From assembly GCA_964490895.1 (NCBI GenBank), contig CAZBEI010000118.1, forward strand, positions 482-64,481: a DNA stretch of 64,000 nucleotides. The letters run 5' to 3'. The stretch is from an uncultured Bdellovibrio sp. GTDB lineage: Bacteria; Bdellovibrionota; UBA1018. Below, one piece after another: positions 57,950 to 64,000 of the stretch. The notes beneath the pieces were generated by a model that had not been told where the DNA came from, ran no database searches, and worked only from the letters and a program-made list of their open reading frames with translations. The number at the start of each line of letters is the position of its first letter. Positions within the stretch are counted from its first letter, which is position 1. The position numbers and the translations under genes were made by a program.

Positions 57950-58078
57950 ATGTCTTCTCGAATGGGAAAAACAAGGAATGCTCGGAAAATACGCAAAGCT
58001 CGAAAAGGTAAAGCGCGCAAAAGAAAAGAGCAAAACAAAGGAACGACCCCAAAGTTTCCAATTCACCTAGAAAATTAG
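57950..58078 (+). CDS. unannotated 42-aa Lys/Arg-rich ORF ([42 protein letters not shown])
   Basis: GGAGG RBS 6 nt upstream of the ATG. It lies between the secretin and metK and falls below the ORF-track length cutoff. Confidence 0.35.
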   Translation: MSSRMGKTRNARKIRKARKGKARKRKEQNKGTTPKFPIHLEN

Positions 58079-58088
58079 GATCACCAGA

Positions 58089-59258
58089 ATGTCTCAAAAC
58101 TACTTATTTACTTCTGAATCTGTCACCGAAGGACATCCTGACAAAATAGCAGATCAGATTTCTGACTCCATTTTAGATGCACTTTTAGCGCAGGATCCAA
58201 AGAGCAGAGTGGCTTGCGAAACATTGGTCGCCACAGGAATGGTGCTTATTGCCGGAGAGATTACGACCAATGCAAGAGTGGATTATCCAGAAATTGCTCG
58301 TCAAACGATAAAAAACATTGGGTATGATAGTTCAGACAAAGGGTTTGATTATAAAACCTGCAATGTCCTTGTAGCCCTCAATCGGCAGTCACCCGATATT
58401 TCGCAAGGGGTGACATTGGGGCAAGGGCTCCACAATCAAAAAGAACAAGGTGCAGGAGACCAAGGATTGATGTTTGGTTATGCCGTGAGAGAGTCAGACG
58501 AGCTCATGCCTCTTTCTATTGATTTAGCGCACAAATTGGCGCTCAGACTTTCTCAGGTGAGAAAGGAAAAAATACTTTCATGGCTTAGGCCCGATGGAAA
58601 AACTCAAGTGACCATCGAGTACGAAGACCAAAGGCCTAAGCGGGTAGACGCTGTGGTGGTGAGCTCCCAACATGACGATGAGGTAGCACACAAGCAAATT
58701 CAAGAAGCTTTGATCGAAGAAGTTATAAAAAAAACGATCCCCCAGCGCTATTTGGATTCTAAAACAAAATATTATGTCAATCCAACTGGGCGTTTTGTGG
58801 TGGGAGGACCCATGGGGGATTGCGGTCTGACGGGCCGAAAAATTATTGTAGATACTTATGGTGGGCATGGAGCACATGGAGGAGGAGCTTTTTCTGGAAA
58901 AGACCCCTCCAAAGTGGATCGTTCGGCTTGCTACATGGCTCGCTATATTGCAAAAAACTTGGTGGCCTCGGGTTTAGCCGATCGCTGCTTAGTGCAATTG
59001 GCGTACGCCATCGGTGTGGCTGAGCCTGTGAGTGTGATGGTCAATCCATTTGGAACAGAAAAGATAGCACTTAAAAAATTAGACACGGCGGTTCGCGAGA
59101 TTTTCCATTTAAGGCCTGCGGGGATCATTGAGTCCCTCCAGTTGCTTCGTCCTATCTATACTAAAACAGCAGCCTACGGACACTTTGGCCGGGCTCTACC
59201 GGAGTTTACTTGGGAGAAAGTGGATCAATCTAGCGCTCTGAAAAGCTTGCAGACTTAA
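58089..59258 (+). CDS. metK: S-adenosylmethionine synthetase
   Basis: 389 aa with [24 protein letters not shown] and DTYGG. Confidence 0.92.
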   Translation: MSQNYLFTSESVTEGHPDKIADQISDSILDALLAQDPKSRVACETLVATGMVLIAGEITTNARVDYPEIARQTIKNIGYDSSDKGFDYKTCNVLVALNRQSPDISQGVTLGQGLHNQKEQGAGDQGLMFGYAVRESDELMPLSIDLAHKLALRLSQVRKEKILSWLRPDGKTQVTIEYEDQRPKRVDAVVVSSQHDDEVAHKQIQEALIEEVIKKTIPQRYLDSKTKYYVNPTGRFVVGGPMGDCGLTGRKIIVDTYGGHGAHGGGAFSGKDPSKVDRSACYMARYIAKNLVASGLADRCLVQLAYAIGVAEPVSVMVNPFGTEKIALKKLDTAVREIFHLRPAGIIESLQLLRPIYTKTAAYGHFGRALPEFTWEKVDQSSALKSLQT

Positions 59259-59287
59259 TTTTTACTTTTTGTTAAAATAAACTCTAT

Positions 59288-59509
59288 ATGCACATTGTTT
59301 TTGCTTTGGTGCGGTTTTTTCCGTTTTGGGGACTGATGGCGGCTCTTATTTTTTTCGAATTTGGCCGATCTTTTAGACACAAAGACTCAAAGCTTCAATA
59401 TTCTTTCTTTTTTGGATCTGTTTTATTTTTCGCTTTGGTAGTGTGTTGGTTTTATTTTCGAGGAGACGTACACTCAGATACGTGGGTGCGATTCTTTTTT
59501 AAGGTTTAA
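59288..59509 (+). CDS. small membrane protein (hypothetical)
   Basis: 73 aa with two hydrophobic segments. Coding status is uncertain. Confidence 0.25.
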   Translation: MHIVFALVRFFPFWGLMAALIFFEFGRSFRHKDSKLQYSFFFGSVLFFALVVCWFYFRGDVHSDTWVRFFFKV

Positions 59510-59546
59510 AAAAGCCCTGAAGCATTTGCCCCAGGGCTTTTTTAAA
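59508..59546. terminator. bidirectional rho-independent terminator (AAAAAAGCCCTG-loop-CAGGGCTTTTTT)
   Basis: GC stem flanked by A-run and T-run between convergent genes. Confidence 0.6.
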
Positions 59547-59557
59547 GTCCATGTAAA

Positions 59558-60103
59558 TCAGAACCAGTACTTAATAGAAGCTACTGCGTTGAGCATATGG
59601 ACAGCGTTACTTGCTGCAATGAGCATATAGCTGACATCAGCTCCTACAGAAAATTCAGGACTCAGAGCGTAATCGTAACCAAAGGCGGGTCCAAAAGAAA
59701 ATTCTGAAGCAGATGCGCTTACAGATGCCCCGGCCACTACTATTGCTGCACCCACAGAGGCCAAACCTGCTCTTGCACCTAGGTGAAATTGATTTGCACC
59801 ATCTACCATCCAATACGCTGGCTCAATCCCAAAATAAGAAAGACTCACAGATGCACTGAGGGCGGAAGTAAGGACTACTGTTTCACTCGAAGTTAAAAAA
59901 TAGGCACCCAAAGTCCACTCAGGCGAGAGGTGATACCCTGCGTTGCCTCCAAAAGTAACACGGCCCTTAGAAGTGCCTGCATTGACTGTGGGAAGAGCAA
60001 ACCCTACCAATCCGCCCACATACCCTTGAGCAGCATAAGCAGCTTGGTTCATGCTTAGTGCCAATAAAAAAGCCACAACAGACAATTTACTCATTTTTAA
60101 CAT
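59558..60103 (-). CDS. small outer-membrane beta-barrel protein (OmpW/OmpA-like beta-barrel family)
   Basis: 181 aa with a signal peptide, alternating amphipathic strands and a C-terminal aromatic residue (IKYWF). Confidence 0.55.
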   Translation of the reverse strand: MLKMSKLSVVAFLLALSMNQAAYAAQGYVGGLVGFALPTVNAGTSKGRVTFGGNAGYHLSPEWTLGAYFLTSSETVVLTSALSASVSLSYFGIEPAYWMVDGANQFHLGARAGLASVGAAIVVAGASVSASASEFSFGPAFGYDYALSPEFSVGADVSYMLIAASNAVHMLNAVASIKYWF

Positions 60104-60376
60104 ACGTTTGTACCTTTCTTTGTTTATAAAACTCTAAGTTTTTAGAGTTAAATGCGTTTATAAAAGATTAATTTAGCGACTCTAACATAATTTGTTTATA
60201 AGAAAACAAAATTTAACAGTATGCAACCATTTAATGTGATTGGTCTTTTCCAGATCTCAAAGAATCTTAGGAAATATTTTTGACAGGCCGGCAAAGTTTG
60301 CTTAGCCTTGAAAGAGGGGTTATTTTTTAACCCCTCACGGAACTCTCAAGGAAGGGTAAAGGGGGGAGCATTGATG

Positions 60377-61414
60377 CTCATTTTTCGCTCTGCGTTGGTA
60401 GGTGAAAGTCAGGCCATTAAGGAACTTTTTCTCACGATAGAGAAAGTCTCACAAACAGACAGCACAGTCCTCATCACGGGAGAAAGTGGTACGGGCAAAG
60501 AGCTTGTTGCGAAAGCCATCCACGAAAATTCGGCTAGGGCTCAAAAGCCTTGGGTGGTGGTCAATTGTGCTGCCATTCCATCCGAGTTGTTAGAAGCGGA
60601 ACTTTTTGGGCATATCAAAGGTGCTTTTACCGGGGCGACTCAGAATCGACAGGGTCGTTTTGAATTGGCTCATGGTGGCACCATCTTTTTAGATGAAGTG
60701 GGCGAAATTCCGCTGCACCTTCAAGCAAAGCTCTTGAGGGTGCTCCAGACTCGGGAGTTCGAATCCGTGGGCACATCCAAAACAACAGAGGTCGATGTCC
60801 GAATTATTGCTGCAACGAATCGTGATCTCGAAGAGGCATCACAGAAAAAGGAATTTAGAGAAGATCTCTATTATCGCCTCAATGTCATTCCAATCAAAGT
60901 TCCGGCTCTCAGGGATCGAAAGAGCGATATTCCGATTTTAATCCAGCACTTTGTAGAAAAGTTTAATAAAGTCACAGGGCGCACTGTGGAGTTGCCCACA
61001 GGACAAATTTTGGATGCACTCATGGTCTATGATTGGCCAGGCAATATTCGAGAACTGGAAAATTTAATGGAGAGAATGGTCATTCTCAAAGGGCATGGCT
61101 CTGTGGACTTGAGTGATCTGCCGCATCGTATATTTAAAAATTATGTAGATGGACGGACTCCAGGCGAGGGTGCGGTTTCGGATTGGGAGTTTCCACACAT
61201 GGCGCTTCCCACGGACGGTTTGGATTTAAAGAATATTGTAGACGCATTCGAAAATCACCTGATTGATCAAGCCCTCGCTCGAACCGGAAACAATAAAAAC
61301 CGGGCCAGCGAAATCCTAAAAATGAACCGTACGACCTTGGTAGAGAAGCTTCGTAAAAGGGGGATGATTATCCCGATTGTCAAAAAAAATGGCGGGGAAA
61401 TTATTTCGCAGTAG
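60377..61414 (+). CDS. sigma-54-dependent transcriptional activator lacking an N-terminal sensory domain
   Basis: Contains GESGTGKE, GAFTGA and a C-terminal Fis-type HTH. The track ORF starts at 60308, but a perfect hairpin at 60316-60338 and an RBS before the Met at 60377 favour the later start. Confidence 0.75.
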   Translation, partial: LIFRSALVGESQAIKELFLTIEKVSQTDSTVLITGESGTGKELVAKAIHENSARAQKPWVVVNCAAIPSELLEAELFGHIKGAFTGATQNRQGRFELAHGGTIFLDEVGEIPLHLQAKLLRVLQTREFESVGTSKTTEVDVRIIAATNRDLEEASQKKEFREDLYYRLNVIPIKVPALRDRKSDIPILIQHFVEKFNKVTGRTVELPTGQILDALMVYDWPGNIRELENLMERMVILKGHGSVDLSDLPHRIFKNYVDGRTPGEGAVSDWEFPHMALPTDGLDLKNIVDAFENHLIDQALARTGNNKNRASEILKMNRTTLVEKLRKRGMIIPIVKKNGGEIISQ

Positions 61415-62246
61415 TTTCTTCTTTGTCTTTGATCGTTTTACGCACCAAGTTTCGAATCACTCTGTTTCGATTGGCTCCACCCATCAACGCTTTGGCGTCA
61501 TAATAAAGTCCAGGGTCATTGACTAAGGCTCCGAGCGTGCCTGTGCCGTTGTTTATTTTTTCTAAAATCGAATTCAAATTTTTAAATGAATTTTTAATTT
61601 GAATTTGATCCAGTTCAGTTGCCAATTTGTGACTTGCGGTGGCGAGGTTTTTAGAAGTTGTGGCCATGCTGCTAAAAATAATTTCACTTCGGTTTTCTGA
61701 TTGAAAAGACTTTAAAAGCTTTTCTAAATTCGTGGCGATTCCATTGAGAGAAATCAAAAGCTGGTCCCCCTTCGAAAAAAACTGAGTGAGCCCAGGTGTG
61801 GGTTTTAGAGTAATTTCGGATAAATCGGGCAAAGGCTCTGAGGTTGCTGTTCCTGGATAGATCGACACATACTTGTCTCCTAAAACCCCTTGAGTTAGGA
61901 TCTCCGCCACGGAGTCTTTTCTGATCCATTCTTCGTATTTTTTCCCGATGAGGAGTTCTACTTTGATGTCTTGCCTGACATGATCAAAGTCAACGTTTCT
62001 TACCGTTCCCACGTTGAGTCCTCCGAGTACGACTTTGCTTCCATTGATCAAGCCTTCGGCCGAAGGGCTGTAGATGAGGTACTTATTCTGTTTCGAAAAA
62101 AAGCTATTGACCCCGCCCAAAAGAACGATGGCAAGCATGATCAGCAGAGCACCGGAAGCAATAAAAACTCCAACTTTGACTTCTGTTTCCCATTGTTTAA
62201 ACATAGGCGGCCTCTTGATTGTTTCCGCTGATAAACGACTGAACAA
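61401..62246 (-). CDS. mlaD: MCE-domain protein MlaD
   Basis: 281 aa with an N-terminal TM segment plus MCE domain, and the position downstream of mlaE-mlaF. Confidence 0.7.
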   Translation of the reverse strand: MFSRLSAETIKRPPMFKQWETEVKVGVFIASGALLIMLAIVLLGGVNSFFSKQNKYLIYSPSAEGLINGSKVVLGGLNVGTVRNVDFDHVRQDIKVELLIGKKYEEWIRKDSVAEILTQGVLGDKYVSIYPGTATSEPLPDLSEITLKPTPGLTQFFSKGDQLLISLNGIATNLEKLLKSFQSENRSEIIFSSMATTSKNLATASHKLATELDQIQIKNSFKNLNSILEKINNGTGTLGALVNDPGLYYDAKALMGGANRNRVIRNLVRKTIKDKEETTAK

Positions 62247-62949
62247 GCGGGTCTTTAGAGCATTTAATTTTCTCTATACTGTCAATGACGTAAATCACTC
62301 CATGGTAGAGGATTGCAATTCGATCAGAAATTTCGAAAGCGCTCGGGATGTCATGAGAGACAAAAATCCCAGTTATTTTTTTGGTCTTTAATCTTTTAAT
62401 ATTTTCTAAAAAGCGCCTCGTGTTGATGGGATCTAACCCGGCGGTGGGTTCGTCGAATAAAATAATTTTTGGGTCGATAATGATGGCACGTGCGAGCCCC
62501 GCTCGCTTTTGCATACCTCCTGAGAGCTCTGCAGGGAGCAAGGAGTTAGAGCCCTTCATATCGATGAGTTCTAGCATTTCGTTTACTTTTTGATGGATGT
62601 CTTGTGGTGACAAACGGGTGTGTTCTTTTAAGGGGTAAGAAAGATTTTCTTCGACAGTCAAGGAGTCAAAAAGAGCTCCATTTTGAAAAACAAAGGCGAT
62701 TTTTGTCCGAACGGGCATGAGTTCTCGTTCCGAGAGCTTGGATAAATTTTGTCCTTCGAAAAGAATTTCTCCACGGTCTGTTTTTTCTAGTCCAATGATT
62801 GACCTTAAAATGACGCTTTTTCCACTCCCAGAAACACCAAACAGACCTAAAATTTCTCCTTCGTAAAGTTGAAAAGACACTCCTTTATGGACTGATTTTT
62901 CTCCAAAAGATTTATAAATATTTTTTACGTCTAAGACGACTTTATTCAT
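62197..62949 (-). CDS. mlaF: ABC transporter ATP-binding protein MlaF
   Basis: Walker A GVSGSGKSV, signature LSGGMQKR and Walker B ILFDEPT. The start is set at the Met of MNKVVLDVKNIY (62949) rather than the track's 63105. Confidence 0.75.
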   Translation of the reverse strand: MNKVVLDVKNIYKSFGEKSVHKGVSFQLYEGEILGLFGVSGSGKSVILRSIIGLEKTDRGEILFEGQNLSKLSERELMPVRTKIAFVFQNGALFDSLTVEENLSYPLKEHTRLSPQDIHQKVNEMLELIDMKGSNSLLPAELSGGMQKRAGLARAIIIDPKIILFDEPTAGLDPINTRRFLENIKRLKTKKITGIFVSHDIPSAFEISDRIAILYHGVIYVIDSIEKIKCSKDPLVQSFISGNNQEAAYV

Positions 62950-62957
62950 TATAGCCC

Positions 62958-63761
62958 TTAATATTTCGGGTAAACCGTTAAAATAAACAACTTTGTTAGG
63001 AAAAAATCGCTCACCATAATAAAAATACTCGAGGTGACCACAACCCAGGTGGTAGCATTTCCGACCCCTTGGGTTCCTCCTTCTGTGTGCAGACCCTTCC
63101 AGCAAGCGGTCATGGAAATAAAAAACGCAAAGACAATCGTTTTAGCCATGCCCGTGAGCAGGTCTCTCATTTGGAGGGTTTCGAGTGATTTGATTAAAAA
63201 ATACTCCCACCCGATATTTAAGTCCTTTAGGGACACTAAGAGCGCGCCTACGAGCCCAATGTAATCTGCAAATAAAGTTAAAATAGGGAGTGCAATGAGG
63301 CTCGCTAACACTCTTGGGATGACGATTTTTTTGATCGGGCTTGTGCCCAAGGCTCGGATGGCGTCAATTTGCTGAGTGACTTTCATCGAAGCAACCTCGG
63401 AGGCAATGCCAGAGCCAATTCTGCCAGCTACTAAGAGGCTTGTAAAAACGGGACCCATTTCTCTGAGAATGCAGAGGGCCACCACTTTAGGGACATAAAG
63501 TTTTCCGCCAAACTTAGCTAGTCCATAGCCAAACTGGAGTGCGAGCACAGATCCGGTGGCAGCTCCGGTCACTAAAACAAGGAGAAAAGACTGAACTCCA
63601 ATGGCATAGACCTGTTCTAAAACAAGGCGGAAATAAAAAGGGCGACTAAAAAGTTCTTTCAAAGTTTGCTGACAGAGCAAAGCAAACCCACCTGAAAAAC
63701 GGAGAAGATTTAAGATGCGATTGCCTAGAGTGGCGCTGAGGCGGTGAAAAAGAGATTCCAT
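62958..63761 (-). CDS. mlaE: ABC transporter permease MlaE
   Basis: 267-aa multi-TM permease of the MlaE/YrbE family, positioned ahead of mlaF-mlaD. Confidence 0.7.
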   Translation of the reverse strand: MESLFHRLSATLGNRILNLLRFSGGFALLCQQTLKELFSRPFYFRLVLEQVYAIGVQSFLLVLVTGAATGSVLALQFGYGLAKFGGKLYVPKVVALCILREMGPVFTSLLVAGRIGSGIASEVASMKVTQQIDAIRALGTSPIKKIVIPRVLASLIALPILTLFADYIGLVGALLVSLKDLNIGWEYFLIKSLETLQMRDLLTGMAKTIVFAFFISMTACWKGLHTEGGTQGVGNATTWVVVTSSIFIMVSDFFLTKLFILTVYPKY

Positions 63762-64000
63762 TCTCTTTTAAGGATAGACTAAAATGTCTCAATTGAGTAG
63801 GTTTAGTTTTTAATTTTTGTTTAAAAATATAACAGGAAAAATTTGCCGGGCAAAAAAATCACTGGAGGCCACCTCTACGAATTCTAACCCATTCTCTTTT
63901 TAAGACTTCAAAATAAAGGGATTCGTCCGGGTTGATTTTATGGGAAACAAATTACTTGTCATAAAAAACAATTAACATAAATCTTGCCATTGCTAAAGTG

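Noticed and set aside
57902-58088. expected SAM-I riboswitch upstream of metK
   Set aside because: No SAM-box conserved helices (P1-P4, kink-turn) were recognisable. The leader instead contains a small basic ORF.

Overview
This 64-kb window is bacterial chromosomal DNA at roughly 40-45% GC, and its gene content fits a Bdellovibrio-like predator: tandem flagellins with flaG, mevalonate-pathway diphosphomevalonate decarboxylase, a Tad/Flp secretin-ATPase pair, type IV pilin-like proteins, many secreted hydrolases, and numerous in-frame micro-tandem repeats inside CDS. Most of the window is core housekeeping, with epmA, lpxH-like, flaG and two flagellins at the left end, and meaB-like GTPase, HD-GYP, neutral ceramidase, GMC oxidoreductase, ferredoxin, metzincin protease and mvaD up to tRNA-Ala. 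After the ~12-kb accessory segment the core resumes with lptF/G, sugar transferase, pepA, asnS, rodZ, pilF-like TPR, rlmD-like, lepA-lepB, pyrB-pyrC-carA-ddl, topA-dprA-LysM-cpoB, tldD, metK, a sigma-54 activator and mlaDFE. The ~12-kb accessory segment directly follows tRNA-Ala(CGC) at 15.8 kb and runs to about 27.5 kb. It holds three of four paralogous AAA+ ATPase genes of the COG1373/DUF4143 type; three of the four paralogs (1, 3, 4) retain a C-terminal PD-(D/E)xK-like D...E-x-K signature; in paralog 2 the E-x-K is degenerate. Each paralog sits in a different cassette-like context. One lies 4 nt from the tRNA 3' end, one is bracketed by ~170-bp direct repeats beside a 577-bp MITE-like element with ~40-bp terminal inverted repeats that has disrupted the start of a paralogous gene, and one is bracketed by 30-bp direct repeats that also encode the C-terminus of the neighbouring C39-like peptidase. 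The fourth paralog sits 36 kb away, preceded by a foldback remnant of the same MITE. The accessory segment also contains two large pilin-like proteins (one with a CxxCH motif), a VapC/Phd-type toxin-antitoxin pair, a 793-aa secreted protein with an unmistakable fibrinogen-related domain plus a small Cys-rich partner, and the secreted C39-like peptidase. A second small accessory locus at 52.9-55 kb has a palindromic operator, a small winged-helix protein and an AbiEii-like nucleotidyltransferase. Other signals are a cluster of two perfect and one near-perfect DnaA boxes directly after rodZ, a 21-nt x3 tandem repeat bridging lepA and lepB, a sigma-28-like promoter upstream of a flagellin, and an unannotated 42-aa Lys/Arg-rich ORF with a strong RBS upstream of metK. 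No CRISPR array, rRNA, integrase or transposase gene was seen.
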